DNA of 32,000 nucleotides, taken from NCBI RefSeq assembly GCF_000172995.2, contig NC_014732.1, positions 60,001-92,000 on the forward strand, read 5' to 3'. The DNA is from Halogeometricum borinquense DSM 11551 (GTDB lineage Archaea > Halobacteriota > Halobacteria > Halobacteriales > Haloferacaceae). The notes below the pieces were generated by a model that was given only the letters and a program-made list of their open reading frames with translations, searched no databases and was not told the origin of the DNA. The position numbers were made by a program, and so were the translations under genes. Of this stretch, positions 9,084 to 17,656 are shown piece by piece; position 1 is the first letter of the stretch; every line of letters starts with the position of its first letter.

Positions 9084-10523
9084 ATGACGCAGCCGCAGTC
9101 ACGACCCAACATCATCTGGATCTCTCTGGAGAGCGTCCGCGCCGACCACACCTCCGTCGGCGGGTACCACCGTGACACGACACCGAACCTGCGCCGCATT
9201 GCAGACTTACGGGACGGCCGGTCGTTCGACGAGTGTTTCGCCCACGCTCGATGGACACCCGCGGTCTCTACCTCTATTCTGACGGGGACGTATCTCACAA
9301 CGCACGGCGTCGGTCACGCGAACACGCGCGACGTTCGCCAACTCCCCGGCGACCTGAAGACAGCCCCCGAACTGCTGAAGTCGGAAGGGTACACCACCGC
9401 CGGGTTCAGCAGTAACCCGTGGATTAGCGACGTGATCGGACTCGACCGTGGATTCGACCGCTTCAAGGCAAATCCCAACCGCGACGACTTCCTCTCGCCG
9501 AGAGGCGTGCGGGCCGGGTGCAACTATCTCCGCGAGTTTACCACCATGGGTGCCGGATTCGAGACGGAGCCGATCTACCACGCGCAGTGTCTGCCGCCGT
9601 ACTACCAATATCAATCACTCTGTGAGTGGGTAGACGACCTCTCCAACGAAGACCGCCCATACTTCCTGTATACCCATATGAACAGTTCGCACCACCCGTA
9701 CAATCCACCGCTTTCCCTCCTGAAGCGGTTCTTGGGAGAGTTCGATGGAACCCCGAAGGAGGCCATCGAGACGGCGAAGGAACTGACGAACAACATCTGG
9801 CGAGAAGTAGCCCACGGCTGCGACTTCACTGCCCAGCAACGAGCCGCGCTGAAGGCCGTCTACGACGCTGAGATAGCGTTCTCAGACCACTTCGTCGGGA
9901 AACTGTTCGAACACGTGCGCGCGAATACCGACCAAAAGACGGTGTTCGTGATAACCGGCGATCACGGCGAACTGTTCGGCGAGCAGGGCGTTCTCGGGCA
10001 CAATCTCACCCTCCATGACGGGCTAACGAAGGTACCAATGGTGACCTACGGGATGAACTTCTCCGAAAGCGTCACCGAGAACGTCGTCCAGCACATGGAC
10101 GTGATGCAGACACTGGTCAGTGCCGTCGGCGGCGACACCAGTCAGTTCCAAGGCGTGGATCTGGCACGCGAGACACGCACGTACGCGCTCATGCAACGCG
10201 GCCCCCGAATGGACGACCTGAACACCGTCCTCGAACACAACCCCGACTGCGATATCAGCAAGTACCATGCAGGAGCAATAGACTGTCTCCGCTCTGTAGA
10301 ATGGAAATACCAGCGGAGCGACGACCGAACGGAACTGTTCAAGCTCCCCGATGAGGAGACGAACGTCGTGGACAAATATCCGGACGCTGCCGCAGAGATG
10401 GACGCTGCGCTGGACGAGATGCTTCCCGAGGCGCAGTTCGACGACGACGACAGAGAAGCGGCCAATCAAGTCGAACTCTCATCGCAGATGAAAGACCACC
10501 TCGCAGACCTCGGATATCTCTAA
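9084..10523 (+). CDS. sulfatase / alkaline-phosphatase-superfamily enzyme (Thr-nucleophile type)
   Basis: 479 aa. Motifs: NIIWISLESVRADH, WTPAVSTSILTG (Thr58 at the nucleophile position), HMNSSHHPYNPP, FVITGDHGELFGEQG. Confidence 0.88.
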   Translation: MTQPQSRPNIIWISLESVRADHTSVGGYHRDTTPNLRRIADLRDGRSFDECFAHARWTPAVSTSILTGTYLTTHGVGHANTRDVRQLPGDLKTAPELLKSEGYTTAGFSSNPWISDVIGLDRGFDRFKANPNRDDFLSPRGVRAGCNYLREFTTMGAGFETEPIYHAQCLPPYYQYQSLCEWVDDLSNEDRPYFLYTHMNSSHHPYNPPLSLLKRFLGEFDGTPKEAIETAKELTNNIWREVAHGCDFTAQQRAALKAVYDAEIAFSDHFVGKLFEHVRANTDQKTVFVITGDHGELFGEQGVLGHNLTLHDGLTKVPMVTYGMNFSESVTENVVQHMDVMQTLVSAVGGDTSQFQGVDLARETRTYALMQRGPRMDDLNTVLEHNPDCDISKYHAGAIDCLRSVEWKYQRSDDRTELFKLPDEETNVVDKYPDAAAEMDAALDEMLPEAQFDDDDREAANQVELSSQMKDHLADLGYL

Positions 10524-10868
10524 TCGGTCCCCAACGACGGTTGTTTTTGTCTAAAATAGTAAATATAGATGACATTTATGTCTGGTCGCAACAAATAGTG
10601 GCGACGAGCAACAGAGAGAAGCGGCGAAAACGGACAGAGGTGGCACTAGAACAGAGAGGGCGTTGGATCTGAGACGGAGGGGTACACGGACAGATTGGAA
10701 AAATCAGCCGTCTACGAAGAGATTTGAAGATTATTTGTCACTTTGTCAGTTAGCCGTTCCCTGTTATCGGCTAGTTCCGTATTCAGCTTCGGTTTCCAGA
10801 TGCCACAAGTGGGATTATCGTGGCTAACTTTGGTTTGTGATTACGTGTCAAATGGTAACGTGCCAGCC

Positions 10869-13800
10869 ATGATTCGCTCAAACACCAAACAGAGCGCTAT
10901 CGCCATCGTGTTAGCTCTCGTGACACTGACCGCATCAATCACAGCGGGTGTTGTTTTCGCCACAGGACCGGCCGTGGCGCACGGCGACCACACCGACGGT
11001 GGGGGGACTGACGGGTCGAACGAGTGGGCGACCGATTCAGACTCGTTCAAATCCGAGACGGTGTTATCGGGACTTGACCGACCGACCGAGACTGTCTTTC
11101 TCCCCGACGGTCGGATACTGATCATTCAACAAGGTGGGAAGATACTCATCGACGACCCAACGACGAAAGGTGGGGCCGAAACGTACCTCAACATCAACCA
11201 AGTCGATAGTCTCGAATCAAATCGTGAGCGCGGTCTCCTCGGAATCGCCATCGCGCCCGACTTCGAGCAAAGCGGGGATTTCTACGTCTATTACACCCGT
11301 CTCGACAATCCCGGTGCGGAAGACGAGGCGGACACCGAACCGGAGAACGTACTCGCTGCGTTCACTCACCGAGAGAACAGCGGTGGGACGACGAGTCGGG
11401 CAGACCCGAACAGCAAGCAGATTCTCTGGCGCAACGAGATTCGGACCGGGAAATCTATCGTCTGCTGTCACTTCGGTGGCGGACTCGACATCGGACCGGA
11501 CGGGAAAATATACATCACGACCGGTGAGGAGTTCCAAGGCTGGCGCTCGCAGGATCTCTCTGTGCCCGACGGTAAGGTCATCCGCCTGAATCAAGATGGC
11601 TCGATCCCGCAAGACAATCCGTTCGTCGATGACGGAGACCCCGAGACCCTCGGAGAGGTTTGGGCGTACGGTCTCAGAAATCCGTACCGGGCGAAGTTCG
11701 CTCCCAACGGGAATCTCTACATCGGAGAAGTCGGGTCCAACCGAGAAGAGGAACCGAGTTCGCAAGAAGACATCCATCTCGGAGCAAAAGGTGCGAACTA
11801 CGGATGGCCCAACTGCGAAGGTAACTGTGATGACCCCGCGTACGACGACCCGATCTATACGTACTCGCACATCGATTCGGGTGATCCGCCGGGTGCGGCA
11901 GTCACGGTCGGACCCGTCTACACCGGCGACATGTACCCTGCGGAGTACGACAACGTCCTGTTCTACAGCGACTACAACGACGGATGGGTCAAGTATCTCA
12001 CCCTGAACGATGACGGGACGACAGTCGGGCAGAGCTACAACTTCGACGCCGACGCTGGACCGCTCGTGTCGTTGACGATGGGCCCGGACGGCGCGCTCTA
12101 CGGGACGAACTACGGTGGACCGCCGGGTGCAGGTGAAATCGTTCGCTACGTCTACGAAGACACAAACAGCGCACCGAGCATCGACTCGACGAGCGTCTCG
12201 CCTGAAAGCGGTGCGATCCCACTTGAGGTAACGTTCGAGGCGAGTGCATCGGACCCCAACGGCGACGATCTGACGTACACATGGCATTTCGGCGATGGAA
12301 CGACAACCCGCGGCGCGAGCGTCACACACACCTACAGTGAGGCAGGGTCGTACGACACCTACGTCGAAGTGAGCGATGGAAACACGACCGTCGAGTCAGG
12401 AACGACGACGATCACGGCAGGCGAACCACCACAAGTTGACATTACGACGCCTGCAAACGGCTCTCTGTTCCGTGCGGGCGACTCGATAGACGTTGCGGCG
12501 GACGTAACAGATCCCGAAGACGGGCAACTGAGTGGTGACTCCGTCGAGTGGTCGGCCTTCCTCACGCACAACGATCACATCCACCCGGACACGACCACAA
12601 CGGGCAACTCGTTCACGTTCGACGTTCCAACAACGGGGCACCCCACAACCGGCGACGTTGGCTACAGACTCTCGGTAACCGCTACGGATTCGGACGGTCT
12701 CCAGACGACCAAGAGCATCGAGATACGACCTGACGAAGTCGATGTCACGCTGAAGACGGAACCCGACGGGATCCCTATCGACATCGAGGGATCGCCAAAA
12801 TCCACCGACGGTGGATACACGTTCGATACGGTGATCGGCTACGAACACAGTCCGTCAGCTCCGGAATCAGTCTGTCGGCAGGGAACGACCTACGAGTTCA
12901 CAGGGTGGAGCGACGACAACACGGAGCGCGTCCGGACGTTCACCGTCCCCGAGTCTGACACGACGCTGACTGCGCAGTACCAGTCGGCCGGGTCCTGCGA
13001 AGACCTCCCCGAAAGCGGACTCGTCGGACACTACGAAGCCGACTCGGGTGTACAGATGAACGCGAGCGGCGTAACCGGATGGACGGACAAATCCGGAAAC
13101 GGAAACGACCTCAGCGCCGCGGGCGCACCGCAGTTCGACGCTGACGGCGCGACCGGCGCAGGTGCAATCGCCTTCGACGGCGAGGATGACGTACTCGACC
13201 GGTCCGGTCTCACCGGGTTCTCCGGCGGAAGCGAGAACCGCTCGATGTTTCTCGTCGCCAACTACACCGACAACAACGGCGGATTCGGCGGTGTCGCCTA
13301 CGGCCGCGGCGGAAACAACAAGGCGTTCGGTCTGGTCGTTGACGACAAGGGTCGGTTGACAGTCCAAGGCTTCGGCGGCGGCAACGACTTCCCCTCGGAC
13401 AAACAGGGCCTCGGTGCCGGACGGCTCACGCAGTCGGTCGTCTACGAAGGCGGCCAGTTCACTCAGTACGCCAACGGCCAACAACTGAACTCCGGAACCC
13501 ATCAGTTCGACACGAATCCGCAGCGGTTCGTCGTCGGCGGTGAGATAACGCCGCCGCCGTACACCGAGATGCGCGTGTCTGCTGTCCTTGTCTACAACCG
13601 CGCACTCTCGACTGAAGAGCGGCAGCAGGTCCAGTCGTACCTCTCCGAGAAGTACATCGGAAACAGCACCACAGAACCGAACGACCCGCCCGAACTGGGA
13701 GACATATCCGTCACCTACACGGGCGGCGAGAAATCGATTAACGTGACCGCGGCGGCGTCGGACCCCGACGGCGACGTTGATCCGTCGAGCGTCCGCATCG

Positions 13801-15329
13801 TCGAACAACCGACGAGCGGAACCGTGACGAACAACGGCGACGGCACCGTGACGTATGCGACCAGCGACGAAAGCGCAACGAGCGATTCGTTCACTGTCGC
13901 TATCAGTGACACCGACGGGGCCGAGTCCGCTCCGGCGACGGTTGACCTCACCTACCAGATCAGCGAAACCAACGCGCCACCGACGGCGAACGACGACGCT
14001 GCAAACGTCACTGTCGGTCAGAGTGTCAAAATCCCGGTCCTCGGAAACGACGGTGACTCCGATGGCTCTCTCGACACCTCGTCGGTGACAATCGTCGCAC
14101 AGCCCTCGACCGGGAGCGTGACGATAGACGGCGACGGGGCTATCACGTACACGCACACCGGTGACAGCGCAACGACGGACTCGTTCACCTACGAAGTCTC
14201 CGACGACGACGGCGATATCTCGAACGTTGCGACGGTCGAGATTACCGTTGCGGAGCCAGATCCGGCCGACGGCGTACCCGAGACGAACGACGACCACGGA
14301 ACGGTCGAATCGGGGGAAACGGTTACGCTCAGCGTACTTGCCAACGACTCCGCGAGCGTCGATGCGAGTACGCTCCGAATCGACGGCGACGCAGACCACG
14401 GAACCGCGACAGTAGAGAACGGTCAACTCGTCTACCAACACAGCGGAGATTCGGCGACGGACGACATGATCGAGTACACCGTCGCGGACGCGAACGGAAA
14501 TCGCTCGGCCCCGACGTTCGTCTTCATCGAAATCACAGAGTCAACCGACCAAGACCCCGAAGAAGGCGATACCGACGAAAGCGACGGTGGCGACAACGGC
14601 GGTGAAGACGGGAGCAATGACGGAGACAACAACGGTGGCGGATCGAGTCCACCACCGAGCAACAATGGCGGCGGAGGCGATGACCGACCATCTCGTCCGT
14701 CCAGCCCGTCCGGTAGTTCCGCCGGAAGCGGGTCAGTTCCGTCTGCCGAGCAGAAAGCGTCCTTCGAGGTCTCGAACGTGGCGCTTTCGAGTACGAACGT
14801 CACCGTTGGAGAAACTGTGAACGCCTCGGCCGTCGTCGATAACACCGGCAACGCAGCGGGAAGTACAACTGTTGATCTCGCTGTCGGGAACGACACCGTC
14901 GATGCTCGAAGCCTCACGGTCGGCGCAGGAGCGAATGTGACCGTGGCGTTCTCGTACACGTTCGATCAGTCGGGAGCGTACGAACTCCGACTCGGGAACC
15001 AGTCGCTCGGGACAGTGACCGTCTCCAACGCGACGCAGACGGACGAATCCAACAACGACGACACGGGCGACGGAGACAGCACATCGGAGGCAGTGACAGA
15101 GGGAACCGGGACTGACGAACGTAACGAGCGCGTAGAGAACGGAAATCGCAGTAGTACAGAGACGAGGACAGCCACCGACGAACCGACGGCAGTCACAGCA
15201 GATGATGAAAACAAGGAGAACAGCACGGAGACAGAGACGAACACCGGAACCCCCGGTTTCGGACCGTTCGTCGCAGTGCTCTCGGTACTCCTCGCGGTTG
15301 TGATGCTTGGGCGTCGCCGTCTGGACTGA
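10869..15329 (+). CDS. giant secreted cell-surface protein: PQQ-dependent sugar dehydrogenase beta-propeller + PKD + Ig-like + LamG + 3 cadherin-like repeats + CARDB + PGF-CTERM
   Basis: The start is most plausibly the ATG at 10869 (MIRSNTKQSAIAIVLALVTL... signal/TM); the track's TTG at 10743 adds 42 implausible residues. Visible motifs: GLLGIAIAPDF, CCHFGGGLDIGPDGKIY, GLRNPYR, GANYGWP (sGDH-like); TYTWHFGDGTT..HTYSEAGSYD (PKD); LamG-like block ending VLVYNRALSTEERQQVQSYL; three ~95-aa repeats with DSFTY.VSD.DG; a CARDB-like block; C-terminal TGTPGFGPFVAVLSVLLAVVMLGRRRLD. Confidence 0.93.
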   Translation: MIRSNTKQSAIAIVLALVTLTASITAGVVFATGPAVAHGDHTDGGGTDGSNEWATDSDSFKSETVLSGLDRPTETVFLPDGRILIIQQGGKILIDDPTTKGGAETYLNINQVDSLESNRERGLLGIAIAPDFEQSGDFYVYYTRLDNPGAEDEADTEPENVLAAFTHRENSGGTTSRADPNSKQILWRNEIRTGKSIVCCHFGGGLDIGPDGKIYITTGEEFQGWRSQDLSVPDGKVIRLNQDGSIPQDNPFVDDGDPETLGEVWAYGLRNPYRAKFAPNGNLYIGEVGSNREEEPSSQEDIHLGAKGANYGWPNCEGNCDDPAYDDPIYTYSHIDSGDPPGAAVTVGPVYTGDMYPAEYDNVLFYSDYNDGWVKYLTLNDDGTTVGQSYNFDADAGPLVSLTMGPDGALYGTNYGGPPGAGEIVRYVYEDTNSAPSIDSTSVSPESGAIPLEVTFEASASDPNGDDLTYTWHFGDGTTTRGASVTHTYSEAGSYDTYVEVSDGNTTVESGTTTITAGEPPQVDITTPANGSLFRAGDSIDVAADVTDPEDGQLSGDSVEWSAFLTHNDHIHPDTTTTGNSFTFDVPTTGHPTTGDVGYRLSVTATDSDGLQTTKSIEIRPDEVDVTLKTEPDGIPIDIEGSPKSTDGGYTFDTVIGYEHSPSAPESVCRQGTTYEFTGWSDDNTERVRTFTVPESDTTLTAQYQSAGSCEDLPESGLVGHYEADSGVQMNASGVTGWTDKSGNGNDLSAAGAPQFDADGATGAGAIAFDGEDDVLDRSGLTGFSGGSENRSMFLVANYTDNNGGFGGVAYGRGGNNKAFGLVVDDKGRLTVQGFGGGNDFPSDKQGLGAGRLTQSVVYEGGQFTQYANGQQLNSGTHQFDTNPQRFVVGGEITPPPYTEMRVSAVLVYNRALSTEERQQVQSYLSEKYIGNSTTEPNDPPELGDISVTYTGGEKSINVTAAASDPDGDVDPSSVRIVEQPTSGTVTNNGDGTVTYATSDESATSDSFTVAISDTDGAESAPATVDLTYQISETNAPPTANDDAANVTVGQSVKIPVLGNDGDSDGSLDTSSVTIVAQPSTGSVTIDGDGAITYTHTGDSATTDSFTYEVSDDDGDISNVATVEITVAEPDPADGVPETNDDHGTVESGETVTLSVLANDSASVDASTLRIDGDADHGTATVENGQLVYQHSGDSATDDMIEYTVADANGNRSAPTFVFIEITESTDQDPEEGDTDESDGGDNGGEDGSNDGDNNGGGSSPPPSNNGGGGDDRPSRPSSPSGSSAGSGSVPSAEQKASFEVSNVALSSTNVTVGETVNASAVVDNTGNAAGSTTVDLAVGNDTVDARSLTVGAGANVTVAFSYTFDQSGAYELRLGNQSLGTVTVSNATQTDESNNDDTGDGDSTSEAVTEGTGTDERNERVENGNRSSTETRTATDEPTAVTADDENKENSTETETNTGTPGFGPFVAVLSVLLAVVMLGRRRLD
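15240..15329 (+). other. PGF-CTERM archaeosortase sorting signal of the giant surface protein
   Basis: A Thr/Glu-rich linker is followed by PGF (15252-15260), a hydrophobic helix and the basic tail RRRLD. Confidence 0.85.
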
Positions 15330-15468
15330 TTCGTTCGGCCCAAAGGCAAGATAACGGTTTGTGCCTTCCGGACGTTGACTTCTGAAAACAGGATCTCAGA
15401 CACTCTCACGGCTCGTTATCGGGTATTCACCAACTAACTATTTTCACTGGAACGAAACGACGGAGCAA

Positions 15469-16407
15469 ATGAAACGGTTCCTCGTCGTCCTCACGTGTCT
15501 CGCTGTCCTCCTTGCAGGAGTCAGTATCAGTGCAAACGCTGTCGAAGCGCAGTCGAACGAAACAACCTACTCGCTGGACACCCCCGGAAGCGTCACCGTC
15601 CACGACCGGAAAGCGACCATCGGCGGAACAGAGAGGGACATCACCTCACTTGTCGGGATGTATCCGGGTGAAGAGGTGCTTGTCAACGTGGCCGCACCAG
15701 CAGACGAACTCGCCGTTGTTACCGTCCGGACGGCGGACGGAACCGTCCGCCAGAAGGATAGTGTGACGACAGGTGAGAGTGTTCTCGTAGACAGTTCCGA
15801 ATACGACCCCGGTACCTACTACCTCGTACTCTCGACAGATGGGCAGGTACGAACGGTCAGCCTCCTCATCGTCTCGAAGTACCGAGTGAGTTTCGGATTC
15901 GACTCGATAACAGATGAGGCGCTTACCGGTGATGTGACGGTTGCTGGTGGCGTCAGTGATGCCGAATCGGTCCAACTTGTCCTCTCGAACGATGAAGCCG
16001 ACTTCCGGACGGAGGCCGGGACAGTGCGCAAGGGCCTCCACGACTTCAGTCTCGCACTTGAGGACGTTCCCGACGGAAACTACACCGCGATCATCGAAGT
16101 CGTCAAGACGGAAGCGAACGGCACGAGGACGATACTCGCCACGAGTCAAGTCCGCACAGTCACTGTCGGATCAACCGACACCGGTGAGAGCGTTGCCGTC
16201 GCATCCGATACAACGGAGACGGAGGCTGGCCCAACTGACGCATCTGCCGAGGTGAAGACCGCAACCAAGACCGCTGGGCTGGACAACGGTGAAACTGTTG
16301 CACCGACCGAGTCGGACTCAACGGTTCCCGACCTCAGTCCGGCCGTCCTCTTTGCCATCCTCGTCTCGTTGGCCATCGTTTCCCGCATCCGAAGACTGAC
16401 CCGTTAA
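15469..16407 (+). CDS. secreted surface protein, unknown family, with C-terminal TM anchor lacking PGF
   Basis: 312 aa. It has a signal peptide (MKRFLVVLTCLAVLLAGVSISANA), beta-rich acidic modules, a T/E/A-rich linker, and then LSPAVLFAILVSLAIVSRIRRLTR. Confidence 0.75.
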   Translation: MKRFLVVLTCLAVLLAGVSISANAVEAQSNETTYSLDTPGSVTVHDRKATIGGTERDITSLVGMYPGEEVLVNVAAPADELAVVTVRTADGTVRQKDSVTTGESVLVDSSEYDPGTYYLVLSTDGQVRTVSLLIVSKYRVSFGFDSITDEALTGDVTVAGGVSDAESVQLVLSNDEADFRTEAGTVRKGLHDFSLALEDVPDGNYTAIIEVVKTEANGTRTILATSQVRTVTVGSTDTGESVAVASDTTETEAGPTDASAEVKTATKTAGLDNGETVAPTESDSTVPDLSPAVLFAILVSLAIVSRIRRLTR

Positions 16408-16462
16408 TCTGTTCCTAACAGCATTAGATCACGGGACTGAGTGCCGACGATAGGGAGAATGC

Positions 16463-16510
16463 AAACTGTCGTCCAGTGGAAACCCCAAACTGTCGTCCAG
16501 TAGAGACCCT
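16463..16510 (+). repeat. 24-bp tandem direct repeat (2 copies plus partial) upstream of the 16552 gene; copy 1 contains TCCAGTGGAAAC
   Basis: AAACTGTCGTCCAGTGGAAACCCC (16463-16486) is followed by AAACTGTCGTCCAGTAGAGACCCT (16487-16510) and then AAAC. Confidence 0.8.
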
Positions 16511-16551
16511 AAACAAAAGGTACTATAGTGTTCAGATGACTGTCAGGCAGT

Positions 16552-17430
16552 ATGGGAAACGGGCTGAGCGTCGTGAATGCTGTCGGTAGTGGTTTGCTGG
16601 TTTTTGCGGTGCTTATGCTATTTGCATCGCCGATTCTCTATCGAGGGTGGCAGAACCGGGTGAAATATCACGAGTATGCTCGTCTCCATGCAAAGTCGCC
16701 AAACGTGGCTACAGACGGCGAAATCGCACTGCTATCTGGTCGGATAAAGGACACAAAGAATCAGATTAAGTCACCAGTACAGTCAGAAGACTGTGTAATG
16801 GCGTTCTGGAAGGTTGCGACGTACTTCCGGTATGGGCTACTTGGTGTGAAGGCGCACTGGTCAGAAGAGGGAGTTGGTATCGACGCGGGAGAGATTGTAC
16901 TCGCTGGGGACCACGAGGACGTGATAATTGAGGGAGCTAGTGGCAGCCAACAATTGGATTCGCGGGACAAGCTTGGGAAGATTGCTGGTTCCAAGCGGGA
17001 TTCGGTTCTTGGTTCCATTTCACTCATGCTTGACGGTTCCAAATTTGAAGACAGGGTGCATCCAACAGCGGACTGGCCGCAAGAATACGAGAATCTCGGC
17101 GCGAGAGTCGGGGTTCAGAGCGATGAGCATCAGTCACAAGGGGTTCTCGGCCGGTTGCTGAGCAAGTTGCGAACGCCAGCAGGGACAGTACAGTTCCAAG
17201 AGGCAGTGATGCGGGCGGGTGAGCCACTAACAGTTGTCGGACGAGTCGTCGGTAGTCGAGATAAGCGAGTGAAATTGGAAGAAAATGACGCTGTGGACCC
17301 GATTATTACTCGATTGTCACCATCAGAGCTACGGTCGAAACATCGAAGAGCGTACGTAACACAACTGTACGCCGTTCCGCTGGTCTTGATCGCGTTTGCT
17401 TCACTAACGGGGTATGCTGTCTACCTGTAA
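16552..17430 (+). CDS. two-TM membrane protein, possibly GIDE-domain-like; compositionally atypical
   Basis: 292 aa with N-terminal and C-terminal hydrophobic helices. The architecture G.IALLSGRI....IKSPVQSEDCVMAFWKV....GIDAGEIVLAGDHEDVII resembles prokaryotic GIDE (PF12483-like) proteins as I recall them. It is Lys-rich, and its third-codon-position GC is lower than in neighbouring genes. Confidence 0.65.
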   Translation: MGNGLSVVNAVGSGLLVFAVLMLFASPILYRGWQNRVKYHEYARLHAKSPNVATDGEIALLSGRIKDTKNQIKSPVQSEDCVMAFWKVATYFRYGLLGVKAHWSEEGVGIDAGEIVLAGDHEDVIIEGASGSQQLDSRDKLGKIAGSKRDSVLGSISLMLDGSKFEDRVHPTADWPQEYENLGARVGVQSDEHQSQGVLGRLLSKLRTPAGTVQFQEAVMRAGEPLTVVGRVVGSRDKRVKLEENDAVDPIITRLSPSELRSKHRRAYVTQLYAVPLVLIAFASLTGYAVYL

Positions 17431-17445
17431 CCACGCTTGGAAGGT

Positions 17446-17561
17446 GGACGGACAGGGAGAGGGAAGAAGAGGGACAGACAGAAAGGGGAGAAGAGGGACA
17501 GACAGAAAGGGGAGAAGAGGGACAGACAGGAAGTAGAACGGGGGAAGAACAGCGGACGCGG
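17446..17561 (+). repeat. T-depleted purine-rich tract containing ~2.7 copies of a 24-bp tandem repeat (17466-17530)
   Basis: 17446-17533 contains no T and only 8 C on the + strand. The unit GAAGAGGGACAGACAGAAAGGGGA repeats at 17466, 17490 and 17514 (the last copy partial). Confidence 0.85.
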
Positions 17562-17574
17562 TGGTGTCGGGTGG
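17547..17574 (+). repeat. ORB-like element, short class (3-prime side of orc1/cdc6)
   Basis: GAACAGCGGACGCGGTGGTGTCGGGTGG. Confidence 0.65.
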
Positions 17575-17634
17575 ACAATCAAAGATCGCCAGGGCGCTGA
17601 CAAACTAGAGCGGCGGACGTAGGCAGCGTACTTA

Positions 17635-17656
17635 GAACAGCGGACGTGTGGTGTCC
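17635..17656 (+). repeat. ORB-like element, short class (3-prime side of orc1/cdc6)
   Basis: GAACAGCGGACGTGTGGTGTCC; a degenerate copy, GAGCGGCGGACGTAGG, lies at ~17608-17623. Confidence 0.6.

Noticed and set aside
10743-10868. TTG-initiated 42-codon N-terminal extension of the giant surface-protein ORF
   Set aside because: The extension precedes a textbook start with a positively charged signal/TM segment at the ATG at 10869, and it would bury that signal peptide.
11217-14441. Long antisense ORFs (11217-12329, 370 aa; 12867-14441, 524 aa) inside the giant surface-protein gene
   Set aside because: They lie entirely within a strongly supported multidomain CDS. Their translations are Arg/Val-rich and basic, which is typical of the GC-rich opposite strand and not of haloarchaeal proteins.
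17437-17622. 61-aa ORF (KRDRQKGE repeats), and the idea that the 24-bp repeats are a CRISPR array
   Set aside because: The ORF is just a translation of the tandem purine repeat. The repeats are contiguous with no unique spacers, there are only ~2.7 copies, and no cas genes are present, so this is not a CRISPR array.
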